64,000 bases of DNA from positions 4,102,305-4,166,304 of the forward strand of contig CBDCNM010000002.1 in assembly GCA_965219385.1 (NCBI GenBank), written 5' to 3'. This DNA comes from Candidatus Latescibacterota bacterium (GTDB taxonomy: Bacteria; Latescibacterota; UBA2968; UBA8231). A model generated the notes under the pieces. It ran no database searches. It saw only the letters and a program-made list of their open reading frames with translations, and had not been told where the DNA came from. Shown piece after piece: positions 18,177 to 28,079 of the stretch. The stretch's first letter is position 1. Every line of letters starts with the position of its first letter. The position numbers were made by a program, and so were the translations under genes.

Positions 18177-19145
18177 ATGAAAGCAAATCGTTTCCACCAG
18201 CATGGCGGCCCCGAAGTACTGGTGTACGAAGAAGTTGCCGAACCAAAGGCAGGGACGGGCCAGGCCCTGGTCAAAATCGAGGCCATCGGCCTGAACTACA
18301 TCGATACCTACCACCGGGAAGGGCTTTATCCGGTGGACCTGCCCTGTATCCCGGGCATGGAGGCGGCCGGTACGGTCACCTGCGTGGGCGACGGGGCGAG
18401 CCTGGTCGAGGTAGGAGATCGGGTGGCCTATGCCGGTATTCTGGGTTCCTACGCCGAAATACAGGCAGTCGAGGCCGAGCGGCTGGTGCCGCTGCCGGAC
18501 AGGGTGGATTTCGAGACCGGAGCCGCGGCCATGTTGCAGGGCATGACCGCTCACTACCTGGTACATGGCACCTACGAGCTTGGACAGGGCGATACCGCCC
18601 TGATCCACGCTGCTGCCGGTGGGGTGGGGTTGTTGCTGGTGCAGATGGCCAAGCGTCTGGGAGCGCGGGTAATCGCCACGGTCTCCACCGCAGAGAAGGA
18701 AGAGCTGGCGCGCGGGACCGGGGCCGATGAGGTGATTCGCTATACAGAGCAGGACTTCGAAGAGGAAACCCAGCGTCTGACCGACGGCAAGGGGGTGGAC
18801 GTGGTCTACGATTCGGTTGGTAAGACCACCTTTGACAAGGGGCTGAATGTGCTGCGGCCCCGGGGCTACATGGTGCTCTTCGGGCAATCCAGCGGACCGG
18901 TGGATCCGGTCGATCCGGGGATTCTGAATACCAAAGGATCTTTGTTTCTCACCCGGCCGACCATGGCGCACTATAGTGCCACGCGCGAGGACCTGCTGGC
19001 CCGGGCGGGAGATGTGCTCAACTGGATCGGCGGCGGCGAACTAGATCTGCGCATCGGGGACCGCTTCGAACTGGTGGCAGCCGCGGATGCGCATCGGGCG
19101 TTGCAGGGGCGCAAGACGACCGGGAAAGTGCTTATACTACCTTAG
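18177..19145 (+). CDS. qor: NADPH:quinone oxidoreductase (zeta-crystallin family)
   Basis: GGPEVL, GLNYID, HAAAGGVG, VVYDSVG and RKTTGK motifs. Confidence 0.9.
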   Translation: MKANRFHQHGGPEVLVYEEVAEPKAGTGQALVKIEAIGLNYIDTYHREGLYPVDLPCIPGMEAAGTVTCVGDGASLVEVGDRVAYAGILGSYAEIQAVEAERLVPLPDRVDFETGAAAMLQGMTAHYLVHGTYELGQGDTALIHAAAGGVGLLLVQMAKRLGARVIATVSTAEKEELARGTGADEVIRYTEQDFEEETQRLTDGKGVDVVYDSVGKTTFDKGLNVLRPRGYMVLFGQSSGPVDPVDPGILNTKGSLFLTRPTMAHYSATREDLLARAGDVLNWIGGGELDLRIGDRFELVAAADAHRALQGRKTTGKVLILP

Positions 19146-19204
19146 TTGGGATTGTAGGTCTGCTTGCGATACGGCAGACCTTGCGGTCAAAAAGGAGTTG
19201 TAAA

Positions 19205-20641
19205 ATGGTTGAGGGGTCGGATTCTCAGGCAGGAGATCTCAAGGAAAACGAAGTGGTTGAAGAGAATGGTGAGACCACAAGCGAGCAAACAGCCCAGGAT
19301 GAGGCAGCAGCAAGTGGCACACCGGAGGTCGTAGACGTCCCGGAGCCGGCGCCTCAAGCCGGGGAGGAGGTAGGGGGCGCCGAGGTGGAGGTCTCCGCGG
19401 ATGCTGAATCGCCCGAGGCCCCATCCGCACCGGAAGAACGAGAAGGTCGCGAGGATTTCGCCAGCATGATCGAGGAAAGCAAGGTCGAAGAGCACAGCCG
19501 GGATATAAAGATCGGCGACAAAGTCAGCGGGGTCCTGGTAAAGATTGGACCGGAGAACAGTTTTGTGGACTTTGGGGGGCGCAGCGAGGGGGTTATCAAG
19601 ACCAGTGAACTGCAAGACGGCGGAGCGGCAAAAAAAGGAGAGATGCTCTTTTCCGAGGGCGACCCCTTCGAGGCCTATGTGATGGCCGATCGGGAAGAGA
19701 TGTTGTTGAGCCGATTCCTGCGCCAGGAAGACCGCAATGCCGATTTTCTCTATCAAGCCTTCAAGGCTGGGATTCCGGTAGAGGGCAAGATCAACGCGGT
19801 CAACAAGTGGGGCCTCGGAGTCGATATTCAGGGGGTTCGGGCCTTCTGTCCGATTTCCCAGATTGACACGCGCTATGTGGAAGATACGGCGGAGTATCGC
19901 GGCCAGACCTTCAGTTTCAAGATCACCGAATTCCGGGATCGCGGTCGCAATATCGTGGTTTCGCGCCGGGCTCTCCTCGAAGCAGAACAGAACAAACAGG
20001 CCGACGAGATTCGCACCGGCATCGTCAAGGGGGCCGTGCTGGAAGGCGAGGTAACCCGTCTTGAGCCCTTTGGGGCCTTTGTCGACCTGGGGGGCGGGGT
20101 CGAAGGTCTGGTGCACGTTTCCGAAATAAGCCACCAGCGGGTGGAGCATCCCCAGGAAGTACTCCAGGAAGGTGAGAAAATAAAGGTGGCCGTGGTCCGC
20201 GTAAAGAGCCTGGGAAACAAGAGGAGGGAGCGAATCTCACTCTCTCTCAAGGCCCTGGAGGAGGATCCCTGGGAGGTGATCAGCCGGCAGTATAAGCCCG
20301 GGACCGTGGTCCAAGGCAAGGTGGATGTCCTCGAAGACTATGGCGCTTTCGTGGAACTGGGGCCCGATGTGCGGGGTCTGGTGCACGTGTCGGAGATGGC
20401 CGACAAGCGCATCGGGCACCCGCGCGAGGTGGTCTCGGTGGGAGAGGAAGTAACGGTTGCGGTGCTGGAACTAGACCGGCGGCGCCGGCGGTTGCGCCTG
20501 TCCATGAAACGGGTCGAATCCATGGAGGATGCCACCCACCTGAAGGAGTTCCAGGCGCGCCGGAAAAAGGAGAAAGAGGAGCCCCAGCAGGGCGGCAATG
20601 CCCTTACGGACGCCCTCAAACGCGCCCGGCTGATCGACTGA
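19205..20641 (+). CDS. S1 RNA-binding-domain protein (short RpsA-like, about 4 S1 domains) with an acidic N-terminal extension
   Basis: AAGGAG RBS. FGAFVDLGGGVEGLVHVSEI and YGAFVELGPDVRGLVHVSEM repeats. Confidence 0.85.
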   Translation: MVEGSDSQAGDLKENEVVEENGETTSEQTAQDEAAASGTPEVVDVPEPAPQAGEEVGGAEVEVSADAESPEAPSAPEEREGREDFASMIEESKVEEHSRDIKIGDKVSGVLVKIGPENSFVDFGGRSEGVIKTSELQDGGAAKKGEMLFSEGDPFEAYVMADREEMLLSRFLRQEDRNADFLYQAFKAGIPVEGKINAVNKWGLGVDIQGVRAFCPISQIDTRYVEDTAEYRGQTFSFKITEFRDRGRNIVVSRRALLEAEQNKQADEIRTGIVKGAVLEGEVTRLEPFGAFVDLGGGVEGLVHVSEISHQRVEHPQEVLQEGEKIKVAVVRVKSLGNKRRERISLSLKALEEDPWEVISRQYKPGTVVQGKVDVLEDYGAFVELGPDVRGLVHVSEMADKRIGHPREVVSVGEEVTVAVLELDRRRRRLRLSMKRVESMEDATHLKEFQARRKKEKEEPQQGGNALTDALKRARLID

Positions 20642-20645
20642 TAAG

Positions 20646-21890
20646 ATGCAAAACCAACTTTTTGAGTTTGATCGCCAAGGGTATTACGGCTCCTACGGAG
20701 GGGCTTTTGTCCCGGAGATCCTGCGGGCTACCCTGGACGAGTTGATCGCCGCTTTCAAAGAGGCGAGCAACGATCCAGGTTTCTGGGAAGAATTCCTCCA
20801 GGTCATGCAGACCTATTCCTGTCGGCCGACGCCCCTCACCTTCCTCGAAAATCTCAGCGCTGAACTGGGCGGGGCGCGGATATTCCTCAAACGCGAGGAC
20901 CTGAATCACACCGGGGCCCACAAGGCCAACAATGTCATGGGCCAGGGTCTGCTGGTCAAGCGCATGGGCAAGAAGAGGGTCATCGCCGAAACCGGGGCCG
21001 GTCAGCACGGGGTGGCCACGGCGACCATGGCGGCCCGCTTTGACCTGGACTGTACCATCTACATGGGGGCGGTGGATGTGGAGCGCCAGCGCCCCAATGT
21101 ATTCTGGATGGAGCAGCTGGGAGCCAAGGTGGTTTCGGTGGAAGATGGTTCGGCCACGCTCAAGGATGCCATCAATGAGTGCCTGCGCGACTGGGCCTTC
21201 TCCATGGAGGACACCCACTATGTGCTGGGCACCGCTTGTGGGCCCCATCCATTTCCCCAGATAGTGGCGTACTTCCAGCGGGTGATCGGCCAGGAAAGCC
21301 GCGAGCAGATCCTGGCTCAGGCCGGCAGGTTGCCGGACAGGGTCTACGCCTGTGTGGGCGGGGGCTCCAATGCCACCGGCATGTTTCTGGGTTTCCTGGA
21401 CGACGAAGAGGTGGAGCTGGTGGGTATCGAAGCTGGGGGCGAAGGACTGGAAAGCGGCAAACACGCCTCCCGCCTGGCCGGCCGGGTGGGCTCTCCAGGC
21501 GTAGCCCAGGGGTATAAGACCTTCTTTTTTCAGGACGGGGAAGGCCAGATGCACCATACCCACTCGGTGGCTGCCGGCCTCGACTATATCGGCGTCAGTC
21601 CGATCCTTACCCATCTGCACGAAACTGGACGGGTGCGGGTCGATGCAGCCACGGATCAGGAGGTGATCGCTGCCCTCCGGAGGCTCATGCGGACCGAGGG
21701 CGTCATCGGCGCCCTGGAGAGTGCTCACGCCGTGGCCGGCGCCCTGCGCGAGGTGGGAGATATGGGCAGGGATCAGGTGGCGCTGATCAACCTGTCGGGA
21801 CGGGGGGACAAGGATATTTTCACGATTGCCGAGGCTCTGGGCGACGAGGCCTGGCGGCAGTTCCTCAAGGACAAGGTGGCCGGATTGTGA
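20646..21890 (+). CDS. trpB: Tryptophan synthase beta chain
   Basis: KREDLNHTGAHK, AETGAGQHG, CVGGGSNA and NLSGRGDKD motifs. Confidence 0.97.
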   Translation: MQNQLFEFDRQGYYGSYGGAFVPEILRATLDELIAAFKEASNDPGFWEEFLQVMQTYSCRPTPLTFLENLSAELGGARIFLKREDLNHTGAHKANNVMGQGLLVKRMGKKRVIAETGAGQHGVATATMAARFDLDCTIYMGAVDVERQRPNVFWMEQLGAKVVSVEDGSATLKDAINECLRDWAFSMEDTHYVLGTACGPHPFPQIVAYFQRVIGQESREQILAQAGRLPDRVYACVGGGSNATGMFLGFLDDEEVELVGIEAGGEGLESGKHASRLAGRVGSPGVAQGYKTFFFQDGEGQMHHTHSVAAGLDYIGVSPILTHLHETGRVRVDAATDQEVIAALRRLMRTEGVIGALESAHAVAGALREVGDMGRDQVALINLSGRGDKDIFTIAEALGDEAWRQFLKDKVAGL

Positions 21891-22663
21891 ATCTGACGTC
21901 CTATATCAGCGAGCGTCTCGAATCCCGAAAAATCCTCTTGATGACCCATGTGATCGTGGGTTATCCCTCCCTGGAATTCAACTGGCAGATGCTGGAGAAG
22001 ATGCAGGAGGTCGGGGTGGACATGGTGGAGTTGCAGATGCCCTTCAGCGAGCCGATTGCCGATGGCCCTTCCTTTGCCCGCGCCAACCAGCTCGCCCTGG
22101 AGCAGGGGATGCGCCTGGACCCGTACTTCGAGTTTATGCAGCGATCCACGGCGAGCTTCGATTTTCCGCACCTGATGATGGGGTACTACAACACGGTTTT
22201 CCGCCTGGGACACGGGGAGTTCTGCCGGCGTTTGCAGGCGCATGGGGCCCGGGGCTTCATCGTGCCGGATTTGCCGTTCGAAGAGTACGACGATCTGCTG
22301 GACAGCAGTCGGGCCCACGAGCTGAATCCGATTCTGCTGATGACGCCCACCAACACCCAGGAGCGACTGGCTGAGATCGGCAGGTACTCCAGGGGCTTTG
22401 TGTACGCGGTGGCACGCCGGGGCGTGACCGGGCGCAGGACCGAACTGGACCAGAGCCTGGACGGTTTTATCGAGCGCTGCCGGCAGGCCACGGATCTGCC
22501 TCTGGCGCTGGGCTTCGGGTTGCGGAACGGCGACGATTTGCGGCGCTTGCAGGGCAGAGTGGAGATGGCGATTGTGGGCTCGGCCCTGCTGGACCGCTGG
22601 GAAAAGGATGGGGCGGCCGGGTACGGGGCGTTTCTGGAAGATTTGAGCCAGGGGCGAAATTAG
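21887..22663 (+). CDS. trpA: Tryptophan synthase alpha chain
   Basis: ELQMPFSEPIADGP, MGYYN, IVPDLP, GVTG and LGFG motifs. GTGA overlap with trpB. Confidence 0.93.
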   Translation: MNLTSYISERLESRKILLMTHVIVGYPSLEFNWQMLEKMQEVGVDMVELQMPFSEPIADGPSFARANQLALEQGMRLDPYFEFMQRSTASFDFPHLMMGYYNTVFRLGHGEFCRRLQAHGARGFIVPDLPFEEYDDLLDSSRAHELNPILLMTPTNTQERLAEIGRYSRGFVYAVARRGVTGRRTELDQSLDGFIERCRQATDLPLALGFGLRNGDDLRRLQGRVEMAIVGSALLDRWEKDGAAGYGAFLEDLSQGRN

Positions 22664-22869
22664 GGCCTATTCCGGTTTGCTCTGGACCAGGATGTGTTCC
22701 AGGTAGGTGCGGTAATCGCACTCGGGTAAAGCTTCGATAAGGCCCAGGCCTCCTGCAGCTAAAAGGGGTGTCGGTATCGAGCCAGGCAATGCCCCGTCCC
22801 AGACGATCTACCCAGATTGATCTCATCTGGTTGTTCTCGTGTTGACGCAAAAGCGAAAGGGTCGTTCCC

Positions 22870-24141
22870 ATGGTGCCCAACGCGCTGGCCCAGGAGTTGT
22901 TCGAGGAAATAAGCAAAATCCCCTGCATCAATTCCCACTCCCATATCCAGCCGGAGGCCGTTCGTCTGGCCGAACCGGAGGATGCGCTCCAATTCTTCAA
23001 ACACGCCTACCCGAACTCGGATCTGGTTGCGGCCGGCATGTCCGATGAAGAGCGGGAAAAGGCCCTGTCGCCGGGGCTGCCCATGGGTGAGCGCTGGGCG
23101 ATCTTCGAACCCTACTGGCGGTGGATCCGCCCGACGGGGTTTTCCCAGGCCATCCTGGAAGGGTTCCGGGATCTATTCGGCTTCGAGGACTTGACCGCGG
23201 CAACGGTCGAGCCTATCTCGGAGGCCATCCGTCAGCTTTGCAAGCCGGGGTTTTACCACGAGGTGCTCAAAGGGAGGTGCAATCTCAAAGCATCGGTGGT
23301 CAATATGGAAGATCTCATCGAGGTGGATCGCGAGTTGTTTTTGCCCCTGCCGCGTTTGAACCGTTTCAGTATGCTGGGCTCGGCCACCCAGATCGGGAAC
23401 ATCGAAAAGGATTACAATGTCAGCATCGCCAGTCTGGACCAGCACATCGAGGTCATCCGCCAGGTGTGCCAGCACTGGAAAAAAGAAAAAGTCGCCGGGG
23501 TCAAGATGTCTCAGTCCTACCACCGGCGCATGGATTTTACCCAGCGCAAAAAAGAGGATGCTTCCAGGATCTTCGATGGTTTGATGCGAGGGGATTACGC
23601 TGGTCTGAATTCGGCTGAAGGGTTGGTGCTGGAAGACTACATTGTCTTCGAGTGCTGTCGGGCGGCCTGCGAGGCGGATCTGACCGTCCAGTTTCACCAA
23701 GGGATAAGGGCGGGGAATTTTGGTAGCATGGAAGGTTGCAGTCCGGCGCCTCTGGCCGAGTTGATGAAGACATTCAAGGAAGTGCGTTTCGACCTTTCGC
23801 ACTCAGGGTATCCCTACCTGCGGGAGGGCGCCGTGCTCGGCAAGGGATTCAGCAATGTCTACCTGAACATGTCCTGGATCCACATCATTTCCCCGGTCGG
23901 TTCGCGCCAGGATTTGCAGGAATGGCTGCGCATGGTGCCCTACAACAAGATCATCGCCTTTGGCGATGACCTGTACCACGTCGAAGCCGTGTACGGTCAC
24001 CTCAAAATGGCGCGCCAGAATTTCGCCTGGGTGCTGGCTGCAATGATCGAGGAAGGGTGCATCTCGGAGTCCATTGCCCTCGATATTGCCCAGGCGGCTT
24101 TTCACGACAATCCGGCCAGGGTCTATGGGGTGGAGGCTTAG
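22870..24141 (+). CDS. Amidohydrolase-superfamily protein
   Basis: NSHSH metal motif, VQFHQG, DLSHSGYPY, FGDD and DNPARVY. Confidence 0.8.
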   Translation: MVPNALAQELFEEISKIPCINSHSHIQPEAVRLAEPEDALQFFKHAYPNSDLVAAGMSDEEREKALSPGLPMGERWAIFEPYWRWIRPTGFSQAILEGFRDLFGFEDLTAATVEPISEAIRQLCKPGFYHEVLKGRCNLKASVVNMEDLIEVDRELFLPLPRLNRFSMLGSATQIGNIEKDYNVSIASLDQHIEVIRQVCQHWKKEKVAGVKMSQSYHRRMDFTQRKKEDASRIFDGLMRGDYAGLNSAEGLVLEDYIVFECCRAACEADLTVQFHQGIRAGNFGSMEGCSPAPLAELMKTFKEVRFDLSHSGYPYLREGAVLGKGFSNVYLNMSWIHIISPVGSRQDLQEWLRMVPYNKIIAFGDDLYHVEAVYGHLKMARQNFAWVLAAMIEEGCISESIALDIAQAAFHDNPARVYGVEA

Positions 24142-24241
24142 TGGTCTTTCAATTAAAATACCTGATTTAATCAACGCCTCTTCGTAGACTCACTTCAAAA
24201 AGGCGTGAGCGGTGAACTCTTCGACCAAATATCAGGGGTGG

Positions 24242-25999
24242 TCAGGGAGCCACGGGCGCACCTTTCGCCGCTCTTGCCTCGATGCGCTCGCGGATATCCG
24301 TCGCGACCTCAAGGACTTCCACAGGTGCGCGAACCGCTTCGCCGGTATGCTGGCGGAGAGCGACGATGAGGGGTGCCAACGTGCCGGATTTCGCCTTGTC
24401 GCTCGACAGGATCTCGACAAGGTCATGCGCCGAGGCGCCAGATACGATCAAGTCGGGCACAATCCTTTGCATCTCGTACATCATCATTTCGTTGCCGGGC
24501 AGGAACGCGGCATACGCTGAGCGGAACGCGTCCATGGCGGCCTGGCGTTTTTCCTGGACCATCAGCGCCAGCGCCCGCACACACATTGCTCGCCATTCAA
24601 ACCAAGTTTTCCCGTCTCCTGCAGGAAAGGTTCCGAGTCTTCGTTCGAGTTCTTCGCAGGCCTGCAGAGCTTCTTCTGCACGACCGGTCTCGGCTTGTCT
24701 CATACCTTTGTAGCTCAAGGCGATGGCGACCTTCGTCGACTCCGCCGCACCGCTGTCACCGAAGCGTTCGACCACCTCCGGCGACTCCGCCGCCTCCGAA
24801 GTCAGCTTGCCGGACATCTGGTACAATTCGCCTATCCCGTAGAACACCACCATGAAATGGATCAAGTTTGCCACAACCGCTGACTCGTCGCGTTCGCGCC
24901 GCAGCTTGTAGTAGATACTGTAGAGACGTTCCGCTGCGGCGTACAGCCGCTTCTTGCCGCGCCCCTCCACGATGACCGCACCCCGGATGGCGAGCCGCCC
25001 GAGCAGGGTCGATACGGTTCGGACGTCCATGCGCGCCCGCGCCGCGATCTCGCCCGTGCTCGACGGTTGCCAAAGGTCAATCACCGCGAGATACACGCGG
25101 CGTTCGCCCTTGGGCAAGACCTCCAGATGACCACGGAAATACTCGGTATGGTCGTCGATCAGCGTCACCAGTTCTTCCATCAACTGGCGCAGCGACCGGT
25201 GCCGTGCGAACTCGGCGACTATGACCAGAAGGCGAGGGCTGCCGCCGGTCAGGATTTCGAGCGGCCTGATGCGCCGGCTCACCGCGTCCCCGTTGACGAC
25301 CTGCCACAGGCGACGGCATTCTTCGGTGGAGAGCGGTTCCAAAGCGACGATTCGGAACAGCTCGAAGAACGGCTGCTCCGCGTCGTCCAGACCCTCAAAG
25401 CGACTCGTGGCGGTGGCAAGCAGCATGATCTGGGGCTCCGATTGCAACGTGCCGCGCAACTTCCAGCCGAAATCTTTGTCCACGTTTCCGCAGAGCGTCT
25501 GTAGGTTCTCGACCATGAGGACGAGTTTTTTGCCCAGCCGATCCGCCGCCTCCAGGACAAGGGCACGGACGCGATCAGCGAGCGTTTCCTCGCGCCACCG
25601 ATTAGTCAGGTCGGCGTGCGTCTCTCGCAATTCTCCAGCGAGTGCGGGATCGTGCGTCGCGCTCTCCCGCGCAAGGTGGAACAAGGTGTCGAGCCAGAAG
25701 TCGGCGAGATTGAATATCTCGTGACTCTCTTCCATGAACCGGACCGGCAAAAGACACTCGGAGAGTTCGTGGTCGGTGTTCAGCTCCGCCGCAACCCGAG
25801 CCAGCAGCATGGTCTTTCCCCGACCGCGAGGCGCGACGACCAGAACGTGCTGGCACGATGGTGAATCGAGGTTCCCGCGGAGGACCTCAAGCACGATGTC
25901 GAGTTCGTGTTTCCTGACCACGAACTGCTCTATCACCTCCTCGGCGGACTGGAACGTCCCCGGATTGAACTTGCGGATCGGCCGGTCGGACTTGTTCAT
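24242..25999 (-). CDS. AAA+/STAND-like ATPase with winged helix and degenerate TPR tail
   Basis: APRGRGKT Walker A, MVENL Walker B variant, LTGGSPR, HTH-like STGEIAARARMDVRTVS and TPR-like AIALSYKG. Confidence 0.75.
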   Translation of the reverse strand: MNKSDRPIRKFNPGTFQSAEEVIEQFVVRKHELDIVLEVLRGNLDSPSCQHVLVVAPRGRGKTMLLARVAAELNTDHELSECLLPVRFMEESHEIFNLADFWLDTLFHLARESATHDPALAGELRETHADLTNRWREETLADRVRALVLEAADRLGKKLVLMVENLQTLCGNVDKDFGWKLRGTLQSEPQIMLLATATSRFEGLDDAEQPFFELFRIVALEPLSTEECRRLWQVVNGDAVSRRIRPLEILTGGSPRLLVIVAEFARHRSLRQLMEELVTLIDDHTEYFRGHLEVLPKGERRVYLAVIDLWQPSSTGEIAARARMDVRTVSTLLGRLAIRGAVIVEGRGKKRLYAAAERLYSIYYKLRRERDESAVVANLIHFMVVFYGIGELYQMSGKLTSEAAESPEVVERFGDSGAAESTKVAIALSYKGMRQAETGRAEEALQACEELERRLGTFPAGDGKTWFEWRAMCVRALALMVQEKRQAAMDAFRSAYAAFLPGNEMMMYEMQRIVPDLIVSGASAHDLVEILSSDKAKSGTLAPLIVALRQHTGEAVRAPVEVLEVATDIRERIEARAAKGAPVAP

Positions 26000-27240
26000 T
26001 GCACGTCTCCCGGTGATTCGTCTTCAGAACGGCGGCCTTCGAGGGGTTTGTGGTGGTCGCGGAAGCGCGCCGACCACCAGTCCTTCAGCAAGCGCGACGG
26101 GAAGCGATGGCCATCGTCGCCGGCTTCGAGATAGCCGTCGTGCATCAGGATTTCGAGTGTATCCGCGATGAGCCCCGGGGCATCGTCAACCACCTTGGCG
26201 TACAGCCGTTCGAGGCAGCGATTCGCGCTTGGCGTGAACACCTCCTGGGTGGCTGCCTCGGCGAGGATCTCCATGGCGATGGTGTGGCTCTCATCTTCCA
26301 ACCCCTCATTGAGGCGCGTCTCGTAGTGTACGAGATCGTTCTGCCCCGAAGGCCCGAGGAGCTCCGTGCGATAGACCTCCCCGACGTCTTTCATCGTCAC
26401 TTGGTCCCGCCCCTGCATGGTGGCGTGGTCCCGCAAACGTGCGAAGAAGGACTGCACATGGTGGGGAATGCCGACGCCGAGCGCGTCGTACACCGCGTTT
26501 GCCACCCCGTCCTCGACCCGTAACTCGTGACTCTCCGCGAGACGAGTGAAACACTCGACACTGGTGTCACGATCCCACGGCCCCAGGCGAAAAGGATCGA
26601 GATGATTGATGCGGTCGGGTATGCCCAGCCGCTTTACGAGAGGTGCGAGCCCAATGCTGCCGGATACGATGAGGACCGGGGAGCCGTCTCCGAGAGCCTG
26701 AAGCACGCCGCGCAACCAGCTCAGAAACTCGTCGACCAGTCGTGCACCATCGTCGCCGTGAAGCATTCGCTTGAGGAATATCGGCAACTCGTCAATGACG
26801 AGGAGAACCGGCTTGTCCTGCGCGGCGCATGCACGGAGCAATTGCTCCCCGTAACGGCGCCAGCTTCCGGCATCCAGCCCGGCGCGGATCTTGACGCGAA
26901 AATCGAGCGCGCTGACCTCTTCGATGTTGTCGCTGAGCCAGCGCTTCATCCCGGTGGCAAAACGCGACGCGATCGAGCGAACCGGATGCACGGCCTGTGC
27001 GATGTCCGCGATCGCGTCCTCCGCGCAGATCGCTCCCTCGACATCGGCGAAAAGGAAGACCCAACCCTTAGCCTCGAGCCGTCGCCCGAGCTCTCGGACG
27101 ACGCTGGTCTTGCCCATGCGCCGCTGTCCAGTCAACAATACGTGGTTGCCGTCCCGGACCCGCGTTTCCAGTATCCGTAGCTCGCGCTCGCGATCAAAAA
27201 AGTCGCCGCCGCTTACCCAGCGGCCGGTCGATGATCTCAT
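25996..27240 (-). CDS. P-loop ATPase (archaeal-ATPase/STAND-like)
   Basis: FFDREREL, GQRRMGKTS, LVIDELP and SGSIG motifs. ATGA coupling to the next gene. Confidence 0.8.
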   Translation of the reverse strand: MRSSTGRWVSGGDFFDRERELRILETRVRDGNHVLLTGQRRMGKTSVVRELGRRLEAKGWVFLFADVEGAICAEDAIADIAQAVHPVRSIASRFATGMKRWLSDNIEEVSALDFRVKIRAGLDAGSWRRYGEQLLRACAAQDKPVLLVIDELPIFLKRMLHGDDGARLVDEFLSWLRGVLQALGDGSPVLIVSGSIGLAPLVKRLGIPDRINHLDPFRLGPWDRDTSVECFTRLAESHELRVEDGVANAVYDALGVGIPHHVQSFFARLRDHATMQGRDQVTMKDVGEVYRTELLGPSGQNDLVHYETRLNEGLEDESHTIAMEILAEAATQEVFTPSANRCLERLYAKVVDDAPGLIADTLEILMHDGYLEAGDDGHRFPSRLLKDWWSARFRDHHKPLEGRRSEDESPGDVQ

Positions 27241-27250
27241 GGCCCCTCCC

Positions 27251-27314
27251 TTATTCAACAAAACTGTTGAATAAATATAATATTCAACAAAACTGTTGTC
27301 AACGAATTTGTTGA
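27251..27314. promoter_or_regulatory. Three tandem operator-like palindromes (TCAACA-N4-TGTTGA consensus)
   Basis: Perfect TTATTCAACA-AAAC-TGTTGAATAA at 27251-27274, a repeat at 27281-27298 and a degenerate copy at 27299-27314. Confidence 0.65.
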
Positions 27315-27499
27315 GAAAACCAAAGGGCGATGTGAATTGATCGCGGGCACTGTTGCAACGTGACCGCCTTCTGGGGCGAGGAAAGCGTTTCCCTATCCGT
27401 CTGGGACTCCTAAGAGGACCTTCCTAAGAGGACCTAAGGGAATCGGGAAGGCAGGTTCAATCGGCACCTCACGCGCGTGAGCGTGACTTGTTGCAGGCG

Positions 27500-27900
27500 G
27501 GGTTGCCGCCCTTTTCGGCATAGGCCATGAAAAGGCGGTCGGCGAGCGCGGCCACGGCGCAGAAATGCGTAAAGTACCCAGGTCGGCACGCTGATGACCA
27601 TCGCATAGACCGCAATCGCCGCGGGGCCAAGCAGGCCTGCGAACAGAGACGACACCGCAGCTACAAGCGCCAGCACGGCAAGCGGCAGCCACGCATAAAG
27701 CTCCACTGTCCATGCCACGGAACGAGGCTACAAGGAAACCGCCGACAATCGTCACATCGGTTTCGCGCAGCATCCGGGCAAGATCGTAGGTCTTGAGGAT
27801 CACGTCGCCCGGACAACACACCGAGCAGAAAAAGCCAATCAGCCTTCTATCGAGGATGCCGAGGTGGCCCCCAGTGTCAGCGCAACGCCGCAACGCCGCC
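27500..27900 (-). pseudogene. DprA-like relic interrupted by an unrelated membrane-protein fragment
   Basis: IGFFCSVCCPGDVILKTYDLARMLRETDVTIVGGF and ALADRLFMAYAEKGG match 29061..29723. Confidence 0.75.
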
Positions 27901-28079
27901 GGAGTGTCCGGTGTCCCCGGTTCGTGCGGCCGGCGTTGGGCAAAACCACACCCATTTCGGCGCTTTGTAGATCCAGCCGATTTGTGCAACCAGTGGTTGC
28001 ACTTGCTACCGGTCGGCATAAGGGTCGGCGGCGTCTCTCATGCCATCGCCGACCGCGTTTTTATGACACATTCTTGGCA

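Noticed and set aside
22664..22750. Weak GGGCCT...AGGCCC inverted repeat after trpA
   Set aside because: The match is short and imperfect, with no second copy or clear TSD.
27346..27360. GGCACTGTTGCAA, resembling an IS6/IS26 terminal repeat
   Set aside because: No partner end, TSD or transposase was found.
27409..27440. CCTAAGAGGACC tandem repeat
   Set aside because: Too short to assign; possibly a junction scar.
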